A stretch of 64,000 bases of DNA from Bugula neritina (Eukaryota > Animalia > Bryozoa): assembly GCA_964035545.1 (NCBI GenBank), contig OZ037768.1, positions 7,534,741 to 7,598,740 of the forward strand. The letters are read 5' to 3'. The notes beneath the pieces were generated by a model that was not told where the DNA came from, made no database searches, and saw only the letters and a list, made by a program, of their open reading frames with translations. A program made the translations under genes and the position numbers. Shown piece after piece: positions 1 through 12,901 of the stretch (the first letter of the stretch is position 1; each line of letters begins with the position of its first letter).

Positions 1-436
1 TTAACAGTTCCGTTTATAAACTCATTTTTTTAAATATATTTTAAAACTATTTAGGAATTCTTAATTTTTATTTTTCATTCAACATTTTGATTTTCCAGCC
101 GGAAGGACTATCTATTAAAATATTGTGTTAAAATATTGGTATATTATATTACACTCCATATTATTATTCTGATTTACATCTAGAGCCAATTTGTATGCTT
201 TGAATAACATATTGTCCTCTCCTCACCCTAATGTGTTCAAACTGCCAAATGCTCAAAGATTTGATTATTTGCAAAACAAAGTGAAAGTTGTTGAAGCGTT
301 GAGTTTTAAAAAACCAAAGTTGTTTTTTTTTACAATTGTAAAATACACATGAAGACTAGTTTACTGTTGAAATTATACTGTTCATATTTTGAAGAACGTT
401 CCCTTGAAGCATCAAGTCTCTGTTATTTGTTTATAG

Positions 437-1612
<1,176 letters not shown>

Positions 1613-2550
1613 ATGTAAAACTGAATCTAGATGATGATGTCATGGTGTAGCGCTCTAAAGTACACTAGTTAGTGGTTTCTACTTATTTATTCTAGTCATA
1701 AAAGATTTCAGTTGACTAAAAAATAGGCTTTCTTTTCTATATTTGCTCAATTTATTATATTATTATAACTATAAAATTTGAAATTAACATATTTTTAATA
1801 TTATTTGTATATTTTTAATGAAATTGCATTTGAAGTTTTTGAATGAAACTCGACATACTGTGCAATTTAGAATTTTATTTTAATAAAATCAATCTTAAAG
1901 TAAAATTTGCGAGAATGTTTGCATAAGAAAAAGATATTTAGGGAACTTTATAAACCCAAGTCATATTCTACATCAGCACATTCTTGGAGCTAGTTACCTG
2001 GTAATATGAGAAAAAAGTTATTCTATTTCTTGCAATATTCTGGTTCCTTCTCACCATCTTGTTTTCTGGTGCATTCCTAGCTGCTAAGTTGTATATAACT
2101 TCATTTTTAATATGAATACTAAGTTGCATTTTAAAAAATTTTAAAGCACAATTTTTTACAGTTGTATTAGGTTGCACGCAAGAGAGGATTTACTTTTGCA
2201 AACTAAATCAAAGTAAGTTGATGTGTTATTATGGCAGGCCATCACCTTGTTAGAAATTTATAATGTTTTATTGTATATAACTATGTTTCTTGTTAATTTA
2301 ACATTTTACTGGAAAGGATGATGATTTAAAAAACCACCATTATTCAAGTCATTCTTATAAACTGGCATTTTTTACAAATAGATTAAGTAAGTTGATGCAT
2401 TTTAAAATTGGGTGTAGATTTAGTGTAGTAGTAGACAATATACAACATATTTGAGATATTTTGAAAAATAGAGTACAGTTCTTGGTCATAATGATAAATG
2501 AATGAAACAAAATGATACAAGTAATAGAAAAGTTAAACAATTAATTTAGA

Positions 2551-2685
2551 TTTTCAAATAATATGGTATGTCAAGGACAATCATTGTCTATCCAATGAAA
2601 GTTGTACATGTATTGATCAAAAACCCATTGTTGAACCAAACGTTATTTAATGGATATTGCGATTTGTTCTGAAATACCTTAGCTG
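2551..2685 (+). promoter_or_regulatory. Putative proximal promoter/5' leader of orphan gene A; four boxes shared with gene B
   Basis: TTTTCAAAT(AAT)ATGGTA 2551-2568, palindromic GACAATcATTGTC 2576-2588, ACCCATTGTTGAACCAAACGTT 2623-2644 and AAATACCTTAGCTG 2672-2685. The same boxes occur in the same order upstream of the gene B ATG. Confidence 0.6.
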
Positions 2686-2710
2686 TAAATTTGAGCGAAT
2701 TTAGAAAACT

Positions 2711-5700
2711 ATGTCAAAGCAACTAGCGAAAACTTCTGATCCTCGTTCTGCCATGCCCATGTAAGTAAAATATTTTAAAGATGACTGCTTGTGTGCTTCA
2801 AATAATAACTAGTTATATTGTGAAGCTAGTTTGTCTAATACTAATAAAGCTAATATTTTGATATTTTTGGAGTTCGAAGGAATGTCTTGAAAATTGCACA
2901 AAGTAAGTGTATTGCAGACAAGCGCACTCTGTAAATAACTAGTATTGAATCCCTGACTAAACTGGAATCTAGTATTTAGTATAATAGAAATATTATCCAA
3001 CAGGTGCAAAGGCAGTGAGAGAGGAAATTCTCCAACTCTGGTTAAGCGTATAACCAGTGAGTCTTGTCACACTATTGAAGACTTCTCTTTTTGTGACGAT
3101 GAGTTTGAGGGGATCCTGGGGTTAATAGCTCAACGTTATGACTCTTATGATGTCATATCCTCTGAAGAGCAGGAAACTGGTTCGTTTTGAGTTGTTATAT
3201 CAGTATAGTTTCTACTGACATGTTTTGCTCACTCATAAACTAATTGAGGTGTATTTTTTTATTGAATATTTTACATTGTATTACTAGCTAATCAAGTGAC
3301 ATATTATTTCTGTGAACATAAAATATATTTCTTATTAGCTCCGCCATGTTTTCCTCTTCAATCCCTTATAACCTGTACCACGAGAAGTAACAGGGTGCAA
3401 CCTGTAGACTGGAGAGAGTAAGTATCTGTATATTCTGTCATTAACTTTATATGAGTATTTTGTTAGTTAGACTATGAGATATAATGTGACTGTATTTCTG
3501 TTATATCTAATAGGAAGGTGTTGCTTTGTTACTCTAATGAATGACAACTCAAATTATCACTATAATACTTTTTAACCCTTACATAGTGAATGAATAGCTT
3601 GATCAGTGTATTTTATGCCAGTTGTCAATGTAGAAATAGTCTTTCTGTAGATTATTATTATAATACTTTTTATATGTTATCTAGTGAATCCTCTGCCCCG
3701 CCCAGAAGTCAAGGTCAAACTGGTAGCCAGCTACTAGCAAACTTACCACCTTGTAAGAAGACCTGTGATGGCTATTTCTGTATCATAGAGGAAGGGATCC
3801 CTTTTCTTGCTGGTATGTCTTGTCAAGTTAATTTATCTGACTCTTCAGGTCATGTTGTTTCTGACCATTTGATTACAATATTCAACGTATCACCAGCATA
3901 CTACCAATTACACTCTGGGATCTACTCGGTATCACAACACCACAGAACAATGGTAATAATGAGTAATATGTAGAGCACAAATGAAACAAATCATGTAACA
4001 AGTTGTAAGATATTAGAGGTAATATTTTAGGTCCGAGTAGTTCTAGCAAAGGGGCTAGTGGTGAAATCAAGAGACAAAAAACTCTTATGAAGAAAGAGCA
4101 GAAGGAAAGTGGTAAACTAGTGAGTAAGAGGAAAAATGTCGCATTGGAGTGTTTATTGAAAGCAGGTAAACTTTCATACAACATGTGTAATTTTATGTTG
4201 TGAACTTATAGAATTTTTTTTTAACTTGCATGAGTATTAGTTTATGTAACTCTATCATTCACATGTTATTTCTATAGCTGGTTTAGAGTTGAAATTCACA
4301 TTCTTAGTGCAGCAGGGAATCATTATACTCCTTTGTTCTAAGAAATGCATAGTGCTTTTCAGTCTCCATATTTTAACTTATAAAAAACCTATATATGTAT
4401 AGGTGATGCTGGTGGTGCAGTAAATAGTGGTACTACACATGAGAAGATAACTACTGATGAGAAAGGAGAAGCATCTACCAGTAAACCATTCACCAAAGTG
4501 ACTACTTTGCCTTTATTATTGGATGGTAAATTATGTTTAATACTACTAATAGTACTAATATAATAATATGATAATATTTTTATATATTCTATGTTCTTAT
4601 ATATATTTATAACACTAAACCTTAAATTATGGAAAAAGGATAAATGTAAACGAAACAATTGTTGTAACCTAATTGTAATGAAAAAAATAATAATAAAAAT
4701 AATTAGTGGGGCAACTTAACTTTCCTCACTACCACTACTCTGTCATGCTACAAATTATTTCCAACGTCTGCTGATGATGAGATGTCTTTGCAGATTTAGA
4801 TCATTGCTCAGCTTTAAAGTTTTACTGGCTATACATGCATGAATCTATTTGACTGGCCATTAAAACTATAGAAGCTATGCAACTCTTTATTAAGAAAAGG
4901 ATTTTTAGTTTATTTATTTTTTATGTTTGAACTGTGAAAATACTGAGTAGCCTGAAAAAATTTTGTTTTGTTTCCATGTATTTCAAGGCATCTGCTATTT
5001 CACCTAAATATTTCTTTAGGAAAGGAGGTAAGATAGTGTAAGAGTTTAAAATATAGCAGTTGCTATATTCTAAACCATTGCACTATCTAGGTTTTTCAAC
5101 TAGCCCCACCCTCCCCTACATATTTTAACTCATAACAAACCTATATATGTATTACAGGTGATGCTGGTGGTAAGGCAGTAAATAGTGGTACTACACAGGA
5201 GAAGATAACTGCTGATGAGAAACAAGAGGCAACTACCAGTAAACCATTCACCAAAGTGATTTCTTTGCCTCCATTACTGGATGGTAAATTATGTGAAACA
5301 TTCTTAGTAGATCTTTATATATTCTATTCTGTAGCTGAGGAATACTTATATATTGTGGCATGCCTTGTTTCTACGAGTTATTTCTTGGCAGGTGGGAACT
5401 GCTCTGTAAGTCAACTGTTTACCAAAAGCACTCTTGGTAGATATGCTAGACAACAAAGAAAGACCATTACCATTAAAAAACATAACATTCAAGCAGAAGA
5501 TGTTGTTTTGCCTCCAACAACAAACAGTAAACTACTATTTAATTTAACTCTGTTTATGTCAGTTAATTAAAATTGTATTTAGTGAGATATTGAACAAATA
5601 ACATAATATATTCTCAATATTTTAGGCGTTAGAGCACCTGTAAAAGTATTTAAAGCTTGAACCATGTTTTGTGCTGACAATATATTATAATGTGATAACA

Positions 5701-8700
5701 TAAAGTGTCTTGTATAAGTTCGTAATGTGTTATCTTATATAATATTTTCTTGAAGTAAGACATTCCTACGTTATTATAAATGTTTCAATATTTGAATTTT
5801 TAGCTTATAATATATTTGTTAAATGACTATTTCACAGAAAAAGACATTGCTAAAAAGTGGAAGAGAAGAGCTTGCCGTAAAATGTCTCTCATTGTAGAGG
5901 AGACAACTACCAGTAAATCTCAAACTGGAAACTCTAAAACTGTTTCACCTTCACAAGTGAAAGGTAAACAATAAACTTTGCCTTGCCATTTTATTCTATA
6001 CATGTGGCTTGTTTCTTGATGAAATGTAATAATATCAAAGTTTTTATTTTTAAGCATCAAGTAGTTAAAATGTATCAGCTTTCTTTTGCATGACTTTTAT
6101 GATCTGATCATGACTTCTTCCTCAACATTCATGCTGTGATTTGAAAATCTACGAATTACTGTTAGAATGTATGACCAGCTTTATACTCAGTTTAAATCTC
6201 TGTAAAACGAGAAACAATTGTCACATATAATTTAAAACAGGTCACCATGATGCTAGTGAAGGAGATGATGCTAATACAGCTGTTTGCAAGGAGAAGAATG
6301 CTGCTGATAAACCTGAAAGTAGAGAGCAAAGTGCTATGCTGCCTTCTATAATTAATGGTAAACTCATATTCTATAATGATGTTAGCTTTTGGTGCTTATT
6401 TTTGTCTCATTTTGATGGGAATTATGTCATAATTTAATTTGATGCTTTCATTTATTATTAGTGAACTAGGCTGTGATTTGGGCAATAAATCCTCACTGAT
6501 GTCCTTTATTGTATTATTACTCTAACATTACACTGATTGGCATCATTTGACAGTAATTGACATCTATTGACATCAATTGCAAAACTTACATAATCTCAGC
6601 ATAAACATATATAAACAATATAAAAACTACAAACAGTTGTAATCCACAAAAGAGAAACAATATACTGTAATTAATATATATGACTTACTTATTTTTGCTC
6701 TCTTAACATTTCAACTAGTCCACTAGCACCAACTATTGCCAAGTGCCAAAGGTCTTTTAGTTAGCACTGGCTGTGCTGTAGAAAGCTTTTCTTTGTATGT
6801 TTTTGATATAGCTAAGGTAGCTAAGCAAACTCACACTAATTTCACTACATTTAGTGTTATTGATTGAAGCTTAGCATAATATGTTTTTTCCTTCATCGTA
6901 TATCGTTTGTATTCAACTATTTCACAGAAAAAGGCGCTGCTGAAAAGAGAAAGAGAGGAAGAGCTTGCCGTAAGATAGAGGAGGCAACTACCAGTAGATC
7001 TCCAACTGAAAATACTGAAGTTGCTCTTCCTACATTGGTGAAAGGTAGACAATAATTCTTGGGTTCTGATTTAATTCTATATATATAGTGACATGTTTAG
7101 CTATGAGATAGAAACTAGCAGGGGGACAAATGAATTTAATATTCATGCAACAAGAAAGTAAAATTTATGAAAAGTCTGTTTGAATGGCTTTGAATACCTG
7201 TTTATTAATTTTTCCTAAATATACATATCTTGATGGTGCTATTTTTTAAAGGATGCTTCTACTGAGAAAATAATGTATGACCTGCTTTGTACTAAACTTT
7301 AAGCACTAAAAGACATAACAGAACCAGGTCACTAATGTGTTGATGAAGCTATTGATGGAAGATTATGTTACATTTTTCGTCATAATATTGCTTATATTCA
7401 ACTATTTCCCAGAGAAAGACACTGCTAAAAAGAGAAAAAGGGGAAGAGCTTGTCGTAAGATAGCTCCTATTTTGGAGAGGAAAACAACCAGTAAATCTCA
7501 AACTGGAAACTCTAAAGTTACTTTACCTACATTGGTGAAAGGTATAAAGAATAATTCTTGTGTTGAAATTTTATTCTATACAAATGACTTGAAGAAATAG
7601 AAAATGGGACAATGTAGGTTTGATATTCAAACAACAAGTAGCTAACATTTGAAAAATTGTTTTATTTGCAAAGCTTATATGATCTAATCATTACTTGTTC
7701 CTCAACTTTGATTTTGCGACTTGTAGAAGTTTGTTACTGTGAGAATATACTCTGTTTTATTCACTGTAAAAAGAGATAGAACTGTCACATATAATTTACA
7801 ACAGGTCACCATGATGCTAGTGAAGGAGATGATAATAAAGCAACTGTTTGTAAGAAGAAGAATACTGCTGGTAAACCAAGACGTAGAAGGCGAATTCCCA
7901 TGCTGCCTGTTTTATTAGATGGTAAACACTTATGTAATAATTATGCTGCACGTCAGTGTTTATTCTTTTCTCATTCTCATGGGAATCATGTCAGAAGTTT
8001 GTCTGGTATTTCATGTTGTTGATTGAAGATTGCATTACATTTTGTTTTTTCAATATTGACTTTCTACATTAAATGTGCAATTTTGTTAACTAATCTTGTG
8101 ACTTTATATATTACTTTGAAACCATAAAATTACTTGAATTACTATTTGTTGATACACCTCCGGACTATAGTAAACTAAATATACTTTATTGTTGTTTTAT
8201 TCACAGATGAAAGTGATACCAACTCTGAGGTTGAAGCTGCTGCTAAGTCTAAACTGGAAGCCATTTTGGAAATGATTAAGAAAAACCGAAATATTATCAG
8301 ACTGCGTCCATTTAAGAATGGTATGAGTTTTGTAGTGTTGTTGACTTACAGCTGCTTCTACATATTTTAGTGTAGCTATGAATAAACCAGTTTATATATA
8401 GTATTGGCTATTGAATATAGGCTGAATGATTGCCATCATTTAGTGAATTTATTATCTTTTGACTTTCTACTACAATTTTTTGAATCCCAATTGCAAACAT
8501 ATACATTTCTAGGTACAATTGATAACAAGACTCGTGGGAAGATAACTTTTCTGGAGAAGAGACTAAAAACTGTCAGAAACTTCTCAAATAACTCAAGAAA
8601 TGTTCCTCATCTTCCATGGATCAAAAGTAAAGATCCCTTTTGTATTTATTAACTTAACATAACTGTTAAATATTTTTTTGGCTTGATTTACACTTGAACT

Positions 8701-11658
8701 ATTTGCTAGCATTTAAAACACTTTCATATTTAAATTTATAATATCGTGTGAACGTCAGTGCTCTCACCTAACATATTAATTTCTATATTTTCATTGACTT
8801 TTTTTAACGCAAATGCTAGGAAAACTAATAGTTACTGATTTCAAATCAACATTGATACAATTTCTGTTTCCAAACACCATAAATTTTCATTTGAACAAAA
8901 TATTTTAAAGCCGTATATTTTATTTTATCTTGGAAATATATCATTTTGAATATGTGTAACAAATGAGTGTAGTATTGACAAAATATGTTTGCTGTGTTAC
9001 AGTTGGCAGGATTCTTGGAACTCAGGTTTTCTGTAAGCCGAATGTTAAAATCACAAGAAACCAGTTGAAGAAGAATCCATGGCTAATTCATGACAGAAGA
9101 AAAAGAGAGCGGCTAGAGAATGTGCAGTTTTTCAGCTCCGATCTGGAAACAGCCACAACTTCTGACATGTGAGTATGTAGAGATGGTATGAGTCAGAGTA
9201 ATACTTTACTTGTAACAAGACTGATGTACCTGGAAGGTGTACACAGTATCGGTTGTACAGTTTACAGAGTATTCAATTCTGATACAAGCTCACTTACCAT
9301 ACATATGCCCAGTATAATATATATACTCAGTTTATAAAGTATCCAACTCTGCTGTTTATTTTATAGCGACTCACCCACTATATTACTGGTTGTTGTTTGA
9401 TAAACTCACACTTACTAATATTTATAGTAGAAGAAGTACCTCTCTGCCAGACACTCCAGTTTCCATCCATGATCTGTCATCTCTGTCACAGAATACCTCA
9501 GGTTCAGAATCTGTAGGATATTGTGAGTATTCTATTTTTAACACCTTTACCAGAACATAACTTTTAATACTTTACTTTAGCATAGCATTATACGTAGTGA
9601 TCATTAAGTATAGTTATAATATATAATTGTCTCAATTTGACTGAAGCTACTAACCTCTGTAGTTTCACTATGCCTGCACCTTACCTATCATTTCTTCTTG
9701 TCCTGCTAATTTGTCTTATAAATTTTTATCTTAAAGGTTAATGCTCCTTTCATGTACGGGTATCTGCCTACTGTATATAATGTAGTTTCAAACTTTTGAA
9801 AATCTTGCAAGTGGTTATAGAGCTAAAAAGTTTTTTTTAATATCTGTATGGCTGCATTATTGTTGCAATTTAATTTTGTTGCAATGTGTGTTATTATTTT
9901 ATAGCTGACAGAACGGTAACTTTGAAAAAACATGATGTCGTTATGGATCAACAATGTGGCAGGTAAACACATAATCTTCTTATATAATCTCTTGCACTGT
10001 GTAGGGTCAGTGTTGCTTGTAGATTGTAGCACTACCATAACAGATATACACATGTTTAAATTATAATAAGGAGTTTTCACACCTGTGTTATTTGCTTCAT
10101 GGGAAGTTTGTTTTACAATTTTGTTGTTGCCATATTATTTTATTGAATCCTTAAAATTAAAAAAACAATCTTTCACAGTGGATCAAAGCAAAAAGTTGTT
10201 AAGAGAAAGAAATTGAACCTCTCATGGCTCAGTGATTCAGAAGAAGACTCCGCCCACAAGATGGAGTCACTCACTACTCCAACTGCTCATCCACCTACTG
10301 CTGGAAATATCCAGATGGTGTATCCTATGAATGTGAAAACTATTGAAGTCTCTATCAAAATTCACAGTAAGTTTTTAGTTTCTATAGTAGCGTTACACAG
10401 TTGAGGTTATTTGCTTTTGAAACATTTTACTAGTTTATGCCACCCTTTATCATAGCATTATTATATTAATAAAATAAACAGAATATACATCTTTTCAGAT
10501 AGTTACTAATGCAACAGCATGGCTTTTCAATTCTTATTTGTAGAGCTTATGCTATGAAGCTCCATGTTTTACATCTTTGAAGGGCTAAGATTATATTTTG
10601 TCTTACATTATAGAGGGAACAAGATTTTCTTTTACAAAATGTTGTTTTATCACCTTCTCTCTTCTCCCAGAGCCACTTGCAGAGTGTGTGTATAAAACTA
10701 AACTAGTATGTAGTGTCTTCTCTGTTGTAGCTGAGTCAAACCCTTCCACTAGAATAGTTAACCAATGTGATCCAGCAGAGGGAGGGTAAGTTTCTGTGTC
10801 ATTATATTCAGAGTAAGTCACTAGCGGTTCAGTAACTTACTATGGTTTAGTTGTAGTAATTATTGTGTTGTTTATATTGTGTCTTGTGTTATGATGTGTT
10901 GATGTAGACTCTATCTGCTCTCTTAATAATTATATCATATAATATTTACAGGTCCACCACAATAGTACTCCCTCCAATAGAGATTAATGTGCAATCTAAT
11001 AGCACTAAATCAAAGTATGTATAATCTTAATTTGGTGAATAAGTTTTACGTTGTTAGCAAATGTTTACTTTCCTTTGTGTGGCTTTTAACATTACTGGCC
11101 TTATAGTGAGAGTATTTCCCAGACCTTTGCATAAGTTGTTATGTATTAATTATTGAACCAAAATTTACCAAACTCCACTATGTAGAAGATTTATTAATCA
11201 CATATTACTACTTTTGTGAAAAATTTTATAGATCAGCTCCTGTTTCTGATGATGGTGAGTTTGTAAATCTGTTAATTGTTGAATGTTGGTAATTTTAACG
11301 TTTAATTTTCTTTCGTTACAATTACTAATTTATTAAACCTTAGAATTATTTTTGAACTCATTTAACACAAATCTATGGTGACCCTCAACCCCTGAGGTCA
11401 ACTACCTGTCAGCCATGCTATGAGTCATTATGGTTGTTGATCAATAGAACAGATTCACTATGGTTACATCAAGTAACATATTTGTAGTGTATGTAACCTT
11501 TTCCTCCTGCTCTCTGTTGAGTTCTGTTAAGCCATTCAACTAGTAGAAACACTGCAACGTTGTTTTACTGTTTGTGTCTTTCTACAGGTTCTGGTGCTAG
11601 AGGCAGACTGTCAAAGTTTCAAAAATTTCTAAAAGTCATCAAATTGAAAAAATCATAA
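2711..11658 (+). CDS. Orphan gene A: ~854-aa Lys/Ser/Thr-rich, probably disordered protein built from duplicated exons
   Basis: 23 GT-AG exons chain without a stop (2565 nt): 2711-2760, 3004-3179, 3339-3417, 3685-3812, 4031-4165, 4403-4525, 5158-5283, 5392-5526, 5838-5963, 6241-6357, 6928-7044, 7413-7541, 7805-7921, 8207-8320, 8513-8626, 9003-9168, 9428-9522, 9905-9962, 10179-10366, 10671-10785, 10952-11014, 11232-11254, 11588-11658. Starts MSKQLAKTSDPRSAMPM, ends GRLSKFQKFLKVIKLKKS*. AATAAA at 12400. No domain recognised. Confidence 0.8.
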
Positions 11659-11850
11659 AACTTTATTTGTGTATTCTTTTTTTCTATTGCTCTATCATGT
11701 CTAATTTATTCTCACACAGTTCTGTATTATAATAACATAATTTTTTTACAATTCATTTTTGTATATTTAATTATTTTGGTTGCTGTTACTTTATTATTTA
11801 TATATTTTACTTTTAGGTTTACACTAGAATTATTTATGTTTTCAGGCATT

Positions 11851-12229
11851 TACATAGACTGGGTACCCATGTGTTTGGTGTCTGGGGGTTGGTGGACCCG
11901 GGAGGTGTGACGGACAGTCTGATAAATGTTCTCGGGGTAGGGATATCCTCCTTGATCTGTCACTTTCTTTTGCATTCAGTACTCATCACTGGCTAGATGT
12001 TACTATGCTTTGGCACAGTAATGTAGTGTAGCTTAGCTTCATGACTGACTATGAATCAGTCATTGCACACGAAATCCTACACGGCTGGTGTTTGTGTGCT
12101 GTCTGTATATTGGGGTGCTTTTCTCGCTGGGGTATCGCGGCCCTGACTCACATTTGGACGGCTGATCTTGATCACTGAACGGTTTCATCCTCTCTTTGTC
12201 AACTTACGCATGGGTGCACAGCCTATGTA
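11851..12229 (+). other. Structured 3'-UTR RNA element, copy A (long imperfect hairpin)
   Basis: 11851-11874 pairs with 12206-12229 (20 Watson-Crick, 2 G-U, 2 mismatches), with nested helices inside. 11867-12226 is ~90% identical to 43343-43701. Lies between the gene A stop (11658) and AATAAA (12400). Confidence 0.8.
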
Positions 12230-12901
12230 GTTTTAGTTTATTTATTTTATACATTTTATTTCGTGAAATCAATCTTTCAATAGTTTCAAAGTCTTCCTTT
12301 TTTTATTTACTGTAAATATATTTAATATTTTGTAGGATAATGTAGGACTGTATGAGAGTGAACTAGACATGATAGAGCTACATGCTGTTATCTTTATTAA
12401 ATAAATTTTATATCAACACTCCTATTTTGTGGTTTGTTGTCTGCTAATATTAAAACCGAAACTAAGACATAAAAGGAAAATAAAATTCCAGCTATTTCTT
12501 AAATTTTTATAATGAGATAGGAATTGTCTACTAGCCTAGTGCTAATGATTTTAAAGCAGTGTTAGTTTGCTAAATCGTATCAAACAAAATGTGTGGTTGA
12601 GAAATTATATTCGAATAATTTACACACCTTGTTTATAGTATACAAATTAAGACATTTATTTAATAATATAGAACAATTCTAGCACAATTAAAAAATATAA
12701 TAGACTTGATTAATTTTCACAAACGCAGAACTCATTTAAAACTGTTAGAAGCATATATATATGTATAGGCTATATACATATATATTAGTTTAAATGGATA
12801 CGCAATAAAAATAAATTTATATAAGAAAATCAGATAGGAAATTTGAAAAAAATCAATAAATTTGTAAAAAAAAGCTATAAAAAGTTTTGGTATGCTGATA
12901 T

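Noticed and set aside
11960-12085. Hammerhead ribozyme/retrozyme, SECIS or C/D snoRNA inside the 3'-UTR element
   Set aside because: No CUGANGA core with a correctly placed stem II and GAAA on either strand (only CTGACTATGA on +, GTGATGA on -). No SECIS non-Watson-Crick quartet or in-frame UGA is needed in A or B. The C- and D-like boxes on the minus strand are only 3 nt apart.
11901-12170. 7SK-like words (GGAGGTGTG, ATCTGTCAC, GGCTGATCT) in the element
   Set aside because: Short matches only. The GAUC motifs are not arranged in the 7SK 5' stem, GGCTGATCT is altered in copy B, and there is an internal T4 run and no evident Pol III snRNA-type promoter. An Rfam scan would settle it.
11851-12229. 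Simple MITE with 24-bp terminal inverted repeats
   Set aside because: Disfavoured but not excluded: no shared target-site duplication, the left end is not conserved in copy B, pairing depends on G-U, and both copies are sense-oriented in 3' UTRs of genes that also share promoter boxes and a C-terminal motif.
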